DNA of 64,000 nt. Origin: a virus (lineage: Duplodnaviria; Caudoviricetes). The stretch lies in the IMG/VR virus record IMGVR_UViG_3300037467_001075, positions 1,820 through 65,819 of that record; one strand, 5' to 3'. Every line of letters starts with the position of its first letter. Positions within the stretch are counted from its first letter, which is position 1. Under the pieces are notes generated by a model, which saw only the letters and a list, made by a program, of their open reading frames with translations, was not told the DNA's origin and ran no database searches. This document shows, piece by piece, positions 8,721 through 17,020 of this stretch. The position numbers were made by a program, and so were the translations under genes.

Positions 8721-9909
8721 CCTTGAGAGCTATGACGCACACCGCAAGAAATATCCGAACAAGCACCGCATCCTACTGCTGAACCCCGAGCAGGTCACAC
8801 CGATCCGTGACAAGCTCCGTAGGCGCAAATGGGATCGTTTCATATGGGATGAGGCGCAACGCCTCAAGAACCGCACCTCACAGTCCTCGAGGGACGCAGC
8901 GCACATAGCGAAGAGCGCTAAGCGCAGACTCGCGTTGACCGGAACGCCTATGGACCTAGATCCGAAAGATCTGTGGGCAATCATGCGCTTCGTTGATGTC
9001 GAGGTGCTAGGCGATAAGTGGGGTAACTTCGAAGAACACTTCCTTGTCAAGCCGAGCATTGATATATCCAAAGCAAAGGGCGTCATTCAGCGACAGAAGA
9101 TGATGCTCGCCTACCAGATCGCTAAGCGCAAGGCACCGATGCGTGAGGATCGAGTAGATGAGTTCGCTGAGCTGATCAGTCCTCATGTGATGCGTATTTC
9201 CAAGCAGGATGCCGGCATCACCCCGGCCAACGTCCACCGGGTTCTATTCGATCTGGATCCACAGGAGGACCGTAAGTACCGCAAGCTCGAGAAGAACATG
9301 GTCGTGAAGATCAAAGGTAAAGCGGTCAAGACTCCCCTCAAGATAACTCAGATCGGTAAACTGCAGCAGATCACCGGCGGATACATTAAGGACGAGGAAG
9401 GTGAGGTTCACTGGATCGGCACGACTAAGCGCAGGATCCTTCGGAAGCTGATACGCGAGAAGATTGACGGGGCGTTCGGTTGCACGGAACCGTTCGTGGT
9501 CTTCTGCAAGTATACGCACGAGGTTCACATGCTTGCCTCGATCCTTGAACGCATGGATCTGGGTCGAGGTGCAAAGCTCTGGGGCAAGGTCAAAGACATC
9601 AAGCGGGATAAGCGACGGACGAACATGCTCCTCGACTTCCAGCAGGGCAAACTGAACTGGATGGTGTGCCAACAACGAACCGGTGGTGTCGGTGTTGATC
9701 TATACCGTGCCAGGAAAGCGTTTGTCTATTCGATGGGCCACTCCTACATCGACTACGACCAGATGCTGTCACGCCTTGACTTTATTGAACAATTTGCCCC
9801 AGCCGACTTTTTTCTCTTGATGGTACGGAAGTCTATTGACACGGATATAGAAGCAAGTGTAAAACGGAAGAAGTCGATCACTGAAGCGTTCTATGATCGA
9901 TTGCAATAG
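8296..9909 (+). CDS. SNF2-family helicase (true start unclear)
   Basis: LRRHQ, RTGKT, WDEAQ, LTGTP, GGVGVDL, Q..SRL motifs. Confidence 0.9.
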   Translation: MARRSRKVANRTSSVALMASSLASKSKSLSPESLQNFNSRLSLSGGNRRRSRVSWKVLRKQYPWLKQLRRHQRRGVEAIVSTNGFAALFAQRTGKTWVTGVVLTIERNVSLDVLLVGPLTNLESTWGKFLRERLPWYSVHRSLESYDAHRKKYPNKHRILLLNPEQVTPIRDKLRRRKWDRFIWDEAQRLKNRTSQSSRDAAHIAKSAKRRLALTGTPMDLDPKDLWAIMRFVDVEVLGDKWGNFEEHFLVKPSIDISKAKGVIQRQKMMLAYQIAKRKAPMREDRVDEFAELISPHVMRISKQDAGITPANVHRVLFDLDPQEDRKYRKLEKNMVVKIKGKAVKTPLKITQIGKLQQITGGYIKDEEGEVHWIGTTKRRILRKLIREKIDGAFGCTEPFVVFCKYTHEVHMLASILERMDLGRGAKLWGKVKDIKRDKRRTNMLLDFQQGKLNWMVCQQRTGGVGVDLYRARKAFVYSMGHSYIDYDQMLSRLDFIEQFAPADFFLLMVRKSIDTDIEASVKRKKSITEAFYDRLQ

Positions 9910-9937
9910 TGCACTACTCAAGCCCACGAGGGACACA

Positions 9938-10276
9938 ATGGCGAAAGACAAAGGCAAGAACAAAAAGGCCGACAAAGCCGAGAAGGAAACCCGCAGCGAA
10001 GAGCGCGAGTTCAAGTTCGGCGTCGAGGACATCGCCGAGGAGCTTGGCATCAAGCCGGCTTCGGTGCGCGTCCAGCTTCGCAACAAGGGGATCGAGAAGG
10101 CCGGCAAGTCTTACGGCTGGAACTCGAAGTCCGATCTGCGCGAGGTGATCGATCAGATCCGCAGCGGCGGCGACGACGATGAGAAGCCGGCCAAGAAGTC
10201 CTCGAAAAAGGACAAGAAGGCCGACAAGTCGTCCAAGAAGTCGAAGCGCTCGAAGTCGGACGACGACGACGAATAA
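9938..10276 (+). CDS. Small HTH DNA-binding protein with K-rich/acidic tails
   Basis: GVEDIAEELGIKPASVRVQLR...YGW; GAGGG RBS before ATG 9938. Confidence 0.75.
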   Translation: MAKDKGKNKKADKAEKETRSEEREFKFGVEDIAEELGIKPASVRVQLRNKGIEKAGKSYGWNSKSDLREVIDQIRSGGDDDEKPAKKSSKKDKKADKSSKKSKRSKSDDDDE

Positions 10277-10299
10277 GCTTTCGGCCTCGGCCTAACATC

Positions 10300-10340
10300 A
10301 AAGGGTCCGTCGTTAATTCGGCGGGCCCTTTTCTTTTTCT
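10300..10340 (+). terminator. Rho-independent terminator
   Basis: AAAGGGTCCGTCG-loop-CGGCGGGCCCTTT then T-rich tract. Confidence 0.85.
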
Positions 10341-10368
10341 CTTAAGCTGGCTCGGCTTATGATCGAGC

Positions 10369-10692
10369 ATGGGTCTCATATCACCAATCCTTCGACAGGC
10401 GTCTGACGGACTGCTCATCTTTTGGTGTCCAGGCTGTGACGGAGCACACGGCGTTCCTGTGGGATCAGGTCAAGGTCATCGCTGGACCTACAACGGAAAT
10501 GCCTATGCGCCAACCTTTCGTCCGTCCATCGTAGTTACCTACAAAAGATGGAACGAAGCAGAGAAAGCTTATACTCTAGTAGTTGGAGTATGCCACAGCT
10601 TCGTTACCGACGGGAAGATCCAGTTCCTCAATGACTGCACTCATCGCCTCGCAGGTCAGACTGTACCAATCCCACCATGGGATGAGACTTGA
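10369..10692 (+). CDS. DUF6527-like Zn-binding protein
   Basis: FWCPGC..H, WTYNG...PTFRPSI, CHSFVTDG.IQFL.DCTH. Confidence 0.7.
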   Translation: MGLISPILRQASDGLLIFWCPGCDGAHGVPVGSGQGHRWTYNGNAYAPTFRPSIVVTYKRWNEAEKAYTLVVGVCHSFVTDGKIQFLNDCTHRLAGQTVPIPPWDET

Positions 10693-11021
10693 TGTTTGCT
10701 CCTGTATCCATGTCCATACCCGAGTACCATCGGCGTGAGGTAAGAGTAGGCGTTCGAAGGATACAGCTGTCTGACCAAGAGCATAAGCTCGTTGTGGCAC
10801 TACTTCGTCGTCATCCCGAGCACTGGACCCGGGCTGAAGACCTGATTGAAGAAATGTGGGGCAATAGCCGCATACCTGATACCTGGCTTAAAGTGATACA
10901 TGCCACCTGCTACATGGTGCGTCGCAAGGGAGTGCCCATCGAAGGGCGCATAGGACGAGCCAATGGTGGCCTCAGAATATATCGCCGAGGTCGCATCACG
11001 CTAGTCGATCGCGTGTCATGA
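10689..11021 (+). CDS. Stand-alone OmpR/PhoB-type winged-helix protein
   Basis: IQLSDQEHKLV..LL, EDLIEEMWG pattern. Confidence 0.6.
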   Translation: MMFAPVSMSIPEYHRREVRVGVRRIQLSDQEHKLVVALLRRHPEHWTRAEDLIEEMWGNSRIPDTWLKVIHATCYMVRRKGVPIEGRIGRANGGLRIYRRGRITLVDRVS

Positions 11022-11113
11022 CGCACAACGCCTAGCGATGTCGCCTGCGCTACGCGCTGACGCTCGCTGATCGTGCCATTTATCGTCGATCACGAAGGCG
11101 ATTAAGCTGCCCG

Positions 11114-11142
11114 TTGACCAAAAGGTTGCCAGGAAGTAAAAT
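11114..11142 (+). promoter_or_regulatory. Sigma70-type promoter
   Basis: TTGACC-17-TAAAAT upstream of 11178. Confidence 0.65.
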
Positions 11143-11177
11143 AGCACCATCAATCTGGCTGGGGTGGTGATGGTACA

Positions 11178-11582
11178 ATGGACGAGTTATCGCGTGAACA
11201 GCTTGAGGATCAGGTAGAACTCCTCAAGCAACAACTCGAAGCCTTGACTGGTTCTGACAAGGAACTGGGCGCGTTAATGGCTTTGAGGCATGGCATGACG
11301 AAGACCCTCGCCACCATGCTCTACCTCCTCGTCAAACGTGCTCCCGCAGTCATCAGCCGGCAGACCTTCCATATCTTGATGTATGGCGATCAGGTCGATG
11401 GTGGTCCTGAGCCCAAGATCTTCGATGTCCGCATCTCACGACTCCGCTCGATCCTCAAGGAACTCAAAGCCAAAGGCACCTGTCCTCCTGGAGTGAAGAT
11501 CGATACGGTATGGCATGCCGGCTACCGTGCGAACCCACAGTTGGTCAAGTGGGTCAATGAACTCTATGAAGGAGACAAGTAA
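11178..11582 (+). CDS. CtrA-like winged-helix regulator lacking receiver domain
   Basis: MYG...PEPKIFDVRISRLR...IDTVWHAGY resembles the CtrA DNA-binding domain; N-terminal coiled coil. Confidence 0.75.
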   Translation: MDELSREQLEDQVELLKQQLEALTGSDKELGALMALRHGMTKTLATMLYLLVKRAPAVISRQTFHILMYGDQVDGGPEPKIFDVRISRLRSILKELKAKGTCPPGVKIDTVWHAGYRANPQLVKWVNELYEGDK

Positions 11583-12031
11583 TGGGTGGACTGTTAGCGA
11601 AAGTTGCCTTCTCAGCCTTCGGCAAGCCGATCACCGTCAAGATGATCCTACTCGCGATCCTCGGCATCCTTGTCGGCATCGGGATCTTCTTCGCCGTTCG
11701 TTTCATCAACCAACACTTCCAGCATATCAAGGACCTCGAGACGCAGAACGCTCAGCTGCTGCGTGACAAGGCGACCCTGGAAGAACAGAAGAAACAGCTG
11801 ATCCAGACAAACGCGGATAACGAGAAGACTCGGACAACCGAGAACGAAATCCATAGCTCGAACCAGAACATCGCAACCGAAGAACGCCATGCGTCCCAAC
11901 AGCGCACGGCCCAGTATAAGGAAATCTCCCATGCAATCCAGACTGCTCCGGCCTCTACAGCTCCTGTGTCTCCTGTCATCACTGACACCCTTGACCGCCT
12001 GTGGGGACCAGCACCCAAAGACCATAAGTGA
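11582..12031 (+). CDS. Inner-membrane spanin (Rz-like)
   Basis: N-terminal TM helix then coiled coil; overlapped by a lipoprotein gene. Confidence 0.75.
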   Translation: MGGLLAKVAFSAFGKPITVKMILLAILGILVGIGIFFAVRFINQHFQHIKDLETQNAQLLRDKATLEEQKKQLIQTNADNEKTRTTENEIHSSNQNIATEERHASQQRTAQYKEISHAIQTAPASTAPVSPVITDTLDRLWGPAPKDHK

Positions 12032-12269
12032 TGTCGTCGTTAAGACTAAGTTGGTCTTTGCAGAGCCTGATCCCTCGCTCCGCGAATGTCTGGCTCGTCT
12101 TGAACGACGGCCGGTCAAATCCGACAAGGATATTGCTCAGCTCATTTCAGACTCATTCGAAGTCGGGGATGACTGCCGCGCCAAGCTCGCTGCAACCTGG
12201 AAGTCGATTGATGATACCAGGGCCCGAGTGAAGGCCTTCAATCAAGCTCAGGGGTTTACTGACCAATGA
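11931..12269 (+). CDS. Outer-membrane lipoprotein spanin (Rz1-like)
   Basis: Signal peptide with lipobox LTAC, further Cys residues, AAGGA RBS, overlaps 3' end of Rz-like gene. Confidence 0.75.
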   Translation: MQSRLLRPLQLLCLLSSLTPLTACGDQHPKTISDVVVKTKLVFAEPDPSLRECLARLERRPVKSDKDIAQLISDSFEVGDDCRAKLAATWKSIDDTRARVKAFNQAQGFTDQ

Positions 12270-12937
12270 ACCTGTATCAGATCCTCGGCGTTTCTGTTCA
12301 AGCTTCGAATACGGAAATCCGTAAGGCGTACCGTAAACTGTCCGCGAAGCATCATCCCGACAGTGATGGTGGTGATCGAGACAAGTTCGAGCAGATTAAA
12401 CTTGCCCATGATGTCCTCATCAATCCGGAACGCCGGAAGCGTTATGACACCACAGGCAGGACCGACGAGGATCGGATCACCCCGGAGCGGATCGAACTGT
12501 TCCTGAAGGAAATGATTAAGACAGTCGTCGAGGCTGAGCGCCCTGACGGGTCAACGGATAACCCCGAGGGAGAGAACATCAAGGACAAGATGATCCTCAG
12601 CCTCAAGGCTTCTCGTCAAGCGATCCGGAATGATCGGCGCAAGCTCGAACGTCGACTGAGGCGCACCAACACTATGCTGCGTCGGTTCAAGCCTCGAGAG
12701 GGGTATGATCCTGTCGGCGATGCGCTGAGGGACCAGAAAGAGAAGTGGGAGTATGAGCTGCGGATGAACGACGACGCTATGCAGCTCTCCGTAGAAATGG
12801 AAAAGGTCCTCAACACTTACGACTACGACGTGGGACCCGGATCGGAGGGACAAGTCAACCCGGGCCCCACTGGCCACCTATTGCTAGGCGGTTCTCGTAC
12901 TCTGATGCCTGGACATCATCGTTTCCATCAGGGCTGA
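12266..12937 (+). CDS. J-domain (DnaJ-like) protein
   Basis: LYQILGV, IRKAYRKL, HHPD motif. Confidence 0.9.
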   Translation: MNLYQILGVSVQASNTEIRKAYRKLSAKHHPDSDGGDRDKFEQIKLAHDVLINPERRKRYDTTGRTDEDRITPERIELFLKEMIKTVVEAERPDGSTDNPEGENIKDKMILSLKASRQAIRNDRRKLERRLRRTNTMLRRFKPREGYDPVGDALRDQKEKWEYELRMNDDAMQLSVEMEKVLNTYDYDVGPGSEGQVNPGPTGHLLLGGSRTLMPGHHRFHQG

Positions 12938-13215
12938 CCGCCCGGAGGATCACTCGGCGGCGTGGTGTTCTTCGCGCTGGCTACTCCCTTGTCCTTGGTC
13001 GCGATCCCGAGACCGCCAAGAGAAAGGACAGCAGACAGCATTCCTCCATAAGCCAAGCAATAAGCGGTAGCATCCCAAGCTTGACCTCGCCACATAGCCC
13101 AAGCTTGAAAGGCCACGGGAGTGATAATCCCGTTCAGACCTCCTATCACAAAGAGGATCCGGGCACTGTCATACTGACCTGTGCCGCTCTTGAAAATATC
13201 GACAAGCTTAGTCAT
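12928..13215 (-). CDS. Putative holin
   Basis: 95 aa, two hydrophobic helices, directly downstream of endolysin. Confidence 0.6.
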   Translation of the reverse strand: MTKLVDIFKSGTGQYDSARILFVIGGLNGIITPVAFQAWAMWRGQAWDATAYCLAYGGMLSAVLSLGGLGIATKDKGVASAKNTTPPSDPPGGQP

Positions 13216-13221
13216 TAGACG

Positions 13222-13725
13222 CTATCCTTTCACAAGCTCGAAGTGCGGGTTGTCGGTTTCGCCGTGTTCGCGAGCAACTCCGTCACCGTCCCAGTCAGCA
13301 CCCCAACGGATATGAACACCGACGTCCGCAGCTGCCTGCTTCATATCCTTCGCCATCTGATCGAACAGAGGTTGCCAATCTTTCGGCTTACCAGCGAGCA
13401 CGAGACTGACGGGATACGGATACATATCGACCGCATAGCCGTAGCCGTCAGCTTTCTTCCTGTGGTTCGATGACAAGGGATGACCGACCCAAGTCACCTT
13501 CGGCATATGCGGCTGAGCATATTGTGCTGGACATCCCACAGCGGTGCATTGAGCTGCGGTGCGTCCTTTGCCGAAGTTAATATAGCACTGCTCATCCGAG
13601 CGAACGCCCTCGATGATTGTGCTGTCGATGTGAGAGACCTCGATGTAGCGGTTCAGCACCTTGACCAAGTCAGGATGCAAACCTTCCATGCGAGCCAACG
13701 ATCCTTTACCCCAAACGTGTCCCAT
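13222..13725 (-). CDS. Endolysin, M15-family (L-Ala-D-Glu) peptidase
   Basis: LHPDL, EGVRS..Q, SNH...AVD, IRWGADW, D.PHFEL; AGGAG RBS before ATG 13725. Confidence 0.9.
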   Translation of the reverse strand: MGHVWGKGSLARMEGLHPDLVKVLNRYIEVSHIDSTIIEGVRSDEQCYINFGKGRTAAQCTAVGCPAQYAQPHMPKVTWVGHPLSSNHRKKADGYGYAVDMYPYPVSLVLAGKPKDWQPLFDQMAKDMKQAAADVGVHIRWGADWDGDGVAREHGETDNPHFELVKG

Positions 13726-13733
13726 ACTTTCTC

Positions 13734-14072
13734 CTATCCCCAGATGATGCACACTGAGCAGTTGTCACCGGTTGGTCCCGAGTTTCCTGAACGCAAGACT
13801 TCACGAACCAATCCGGCTGAGAAGATGAAGCCTTGTTTAGCAAGTAGCGCCTCACGTTGAAGGCCGGCAGATCGAATTGATCCTTGAGTGGCCAGCAGTG
13901 TTTCACGTTGTAGGCCCGCAGACTCGATGCCGCTAGTGTTAGCAACGGGTGATCCTGCACCGTCGAGAATGATCGGAGCACTGGACTCCGGCTGAAAGTA
14001 AGTGCCTACAAGTCCGCTGCTGCCGAGACTATCGACAGGTTTTGAACCAACAGGATCAAAGCCCTGAGACAT
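13734..14072 (-). CDS. Virion-associated protein with three SAGLxRExL repeats
   Basis: In tail operon; visible internal repeats. Confidence 0.6.
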   Translation of the reverse strand: MSQGFDPVGSKPVDSLGSSGLVGTYFQPESSAPIILDGAGSPVANTSGIESAGLQRETLLATQGSIRSAGLQREALLAKQGFIFSAGLVREVLRSGNSGPTGDNCSVCIIWG

Positions 14073-14975
14073 TTAGACAGCGGTTCCCGTCAGTGAGAAA
14101 TATGGAACTGAGAATTTGGTTTGCCACGTAACACCTGACAACACCCAGACACCGATCCCGACACGGTTTGGGTTGTTAGCCATCCAGGCTGTGGCAGACT
14201 CCGTTGCCCAATCGTTCCAAACTTTCCCGTCACTCGATGTCGAGTAGGTGATGTTAGTCCCGATCTTCTCAAGCTTCACCCAATCATGGAAGGATCGAGT
14301 TGCCTGTGCAGCGAGGAAGTCAGTGTTCGCACCGTTTAGTGCAGCATAGTGCTCACACCGAATGACGCCAGGTTGATCCGAGAACTCGCTGTTGATGCCG
14401 ATGAGCCGACCGCCCACAGAGTCGTGAGCGTAAAGACCAAACCCACGATAGTTTTGAGCGTTAACGTGACCAACCATGCGAGCAACAAGCGCCCAGTTGT
14501 TTGCAGGAGTAGTCAACGTCCTATAAGCGATGCGATGAACAGGTCCGGCAACAAGCGTGTTACCGTTCACCGTAAGTCCAACATCAGCATCATCCGCAAG
14601 AACGAGCTGAGTTGCGTCACCACTCTCGAGTGAGAAGATCGAGGCAGGCGGCGGCATGAACAACCCCTGCACGAGGGTCTTGTTGTTAGCGACACATGCG
14701 ATGGTCGCAGAGCCGCTGAGGTTGATGAGCGCGCCGCTTGATGATGCGAACCATGGATCGACGCCCGGACCCGGCCTCGTGAACGTTGTGCCGTTGTAGA
14801 ACGTGACGCCGCTTTCCCAAGCGGTGCCATCCTCGATCAGGTAGTCATAGTAGTTGCCTGCCACTGCACCTGCAGCTGCCCAAGTTCGATAGGGAACCAC
14901 AAGGCCTGAAGGCGTGACTGCTCCAGTGCCCGTAGTTGCTGTGCTCTCCTTGGCTCGATTAAGCAGAAGTCCCAT
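14073..14975 (-). CDS. Tail fibre / lectin-like (ConA-type) protein
   Basis: NRAKESTATTGTG N-terminus typical of alphaproteobacterial phage fibre proteins; WVKLEK.G.NITYSTS.DG..W. Confidence 0.65.
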   Translation of the reverse strand: MGLLLNRAKESTATTGTGAVTPSGLVVPYRTWAAAGAVAGNYYDYLIEDGTAWESGVTFYNGTTFTRPGPGVDPWFASSSGALINLSGSATIACVANNKTLVQGLFMPPPASIFSLESGDATQLVLADDADVGLTVNGNTLVAGPVHRIAYRTLTTPANNWALVARMVGHVNAQNYRGFGLYAHDSVGGRLIGINSEFSDQPGVIRCEHYAALNGANTDFLAAQATRSFHDWVKLEKIGTNITYSTSSDGKVWNDWATESATAWMANNPNRVGIGVWVLSGVTWQTKFSVPYFSLTGTAV

Positions 14976-14985
14976 TATACAGCTC

Positions 14986-15438
14986 CTAGGTGTGCCAGGT
15001 AAGAATGCCGGCAGACGTCACGATGACCAGTGGACTGATGCTTGCAGAGACAGTCGTTCCTCCGACGTTGAAGTCTGCAAAGCCAATCAAGTCCTTGTTG
15101 GCGGCCGTGTTGTCAAAGATTGCGGCATACTTGAAGTTGATTGCTCCGGTCAGTGTCCACGATAGGTCACTAGCGGACCACTTTCTGCTTGATGCAGACG
15201 GTGAACTAATTGCGAGACCTGTCATCGCAAGTCCGCCGTTCGTGTAGCCATTCGCGGTTGCAAGCTCAGCGGTCAGATCAGAGTACTGACAGTTGCCGGA
15301 AGCGCCGACGAATGTTGCATCCAGGGCTTGCGCTGATCCGAGCAGAACAGCCTTAAAGGCATGACTGTCCAGATCCATCGTGCCGTCGAATGGCTTTGAG
15401 ATAGCCTTGTTAAACCAGGTCCAGGGTCCTACGGCCAT
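14986..15438 (-). CDS. Minor tail / fibre-associated structural protein
   Basis: MDLDS..FKAVLL, EL.T.NGYT.GG pattern; position in tail operon. Confidence 0.65.
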   Translation of the reverse strand: MAVGPWTWFNKAISKPFDGTMDLDSHAFKAVLLGSAQALDATFVGASGNCQYSDLTAELATANGYTNGGLAMTGLAISSPSASSRKWSASDLSWTLTGAINFKYAAIFDNTAANKDLIGFADFNVGGTTVSASISPLVIVTSAGILTWHT

Positions 15439-15448
15439 ACAGCTCTTC

Positions 15449-17020
15449 CTATGAAGTAATCTCGAGTCCGAACTTCGCAGCGTTCAGCGCCGCGGCTGCC
15501 CATGCAGCACTGGTGTTCGGATCGACAGACCAGAAACTTCCCTCCATGCCCCAACTCGTGGGCGGAGCGATATTGACGTTTTGACCGTAGTTGACGACCG
15601 CTCCTGACTTGCACAGGAACTTGATCGTTCGCAGACCGGAGTCCGACTTGGCAACGTTACCCTTGACCGATACACTATGGATCGCGGTCGGCGTATTGAC
15701 GAGTGGCGGGAACGTGTAGATATCTTGCTGCCCGACCGTCGCGGAAATGTTGTAGCCCAATGACTGTGGAGACGGTTGATTGCTCTCCTGTGTCCAGTGC
15801 GTCGTGACACCGGTCATCTGGATCATCAGACCGACGTTCACACTGTTAGTCGTGAAGCCGCTGCCCGCGGGTGACGGCGGTCCAGAAGTGTAGGTGTTCG
15901 CCTTCCTCCAACAGATGCCGCCGTCGTCATTGCCGATATAGTTGATGTTGGTATCGGTGATCCATCCGATCCAAAGCGTTTGACCTGCTGTGACGCCAGC
16001 AAGAGTGATAGGTAGCGGGATCGGCGTGTTGGCGGTGCATCCAATAACCTCAGTTCCGGTCGCGAGTAGTGCTGCCGGGGATCCTGCGCTATCGGCGTAG
16101 ATGCAGGCCTTAAACTTAGCGATTGCGGACGTCGTCGTCGGACGCATGATGTTGACCATGGAGATGGTGCCGGCTGCATCAGCGACGCACTTGACGAGAT
16201 ACACGATATTGCCGCCGGGTGCGATCCCGCTGAGGAAGCGACCCCAGTAATAGTTGGGAGACAGGAAGGCATGACCGTTGACTGTCCAAGCGGAGGCATT
16301 GTCGCCACTTGCTGAAGCAGTCTCGATGATGGGGTTATCAAGACAGGGAGTCTCGCTGCCGCCAGATGCAGTGAAGGCCCACAGATAGAAATGGTCCCAC
16401 TGTGCCGCATGGTTATTAGAGTTGATTGTGCCGAGGTCGATACCGTTGAAGTATGGATTGGCGTTGCTAATCGTGTTCTGACCCGTGAGGTTGATCGAAG
16501 TCGCAACACCATCCAACCAGATCTTTACGATCCCGGCTGAGGCATGGAAAGTGATGTCATACTCGAGAACGTGGACAGTATTGACCGACCAACTCTCGAG
16601 CGATGTTGCCATGAGCGTTCCTCCGCGCCAACCGCGGCGGATTTCGATATGGCCTGAGCTCATGTTGAGCTGGATCGTTAGCTGATTGACGCCGGCAGCA
16701 ACGTCCACGAACGTAAGTCCGTTCTGACTGAAAGCGTCGATTGCCTTGAAGGTGAAGCCTCCAACAACTCGAGCGTAGTTGGCCGGGAGTGACTTAAGAT
16801 CCTGTGCCGGTGAGTTGCCTGAGTTCGATGCCTTCTGACGATAGGAACCATGCCCGGTGACTGTTCCGCTGAGCGGCACTTCGATGTAGTGAGTATCACC
16901 GCCGCCGATTGACCGCCACTCGTCGACTGTTAGGGCAACGTTGTAAGTGTCCCAGATCGAGGTGTTGACTGGACCATACTTGTCCCAACCCTCAGTGAAG
17001 ACATAATCGGGAAGAGCCAT
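15449..17020 (-). CDS. Tail fibre / receptor-binding-like protein
   Basis: EGWDKY N-terminus, beta-rich, C-terminal DPNT..AW; paralogous to 22190-23278. Confidence 0.7.
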   Translation of the reverse strand: MALPDYVFTEGWDKYGPVNTSIWDTYNVALTVDEWRSIGGGDTHYIEVPLSGTVTGHGSYRQKASNSGNSPAQDLKSLPANYARVVGGFTFKAIDAFSQNGLTFVDVAAGVNQLTIQLNMSSGHIEIRRGWRGGTLMATSLESWSVNTVHVLEYDITFHASAGIVKIWLDGVATSINLTGQNTISNANPYFNGIDLGTINSNNHAAQWDHFYLWAFTASGGSETPCLDNPIIETASASGDNASAWTVNGHAFLSPNYYWGRFLSGIAPGGNIVYLVKCVADAAGTISMVNIMRPTTTSAIAKFKACIYADSAGSPAALLATGTEVIGCTANTPIPLPITLAGVTAGQTLWIGWITDTNINYIGNDDGGICWRKANTYTSGPPSPAGSGFTTNSVNVGLMIQMTGVTTHWTQESNQPSPQSLGYNISATVGQQDIYTFPPLVNTPTAIHSVSVKGNVAKSDSGLRTIKFLCKSGAVVNYGQNVNIAPPTSWGMEGSFWSVDPNTSAAWAAAALNAAKFGLEITS

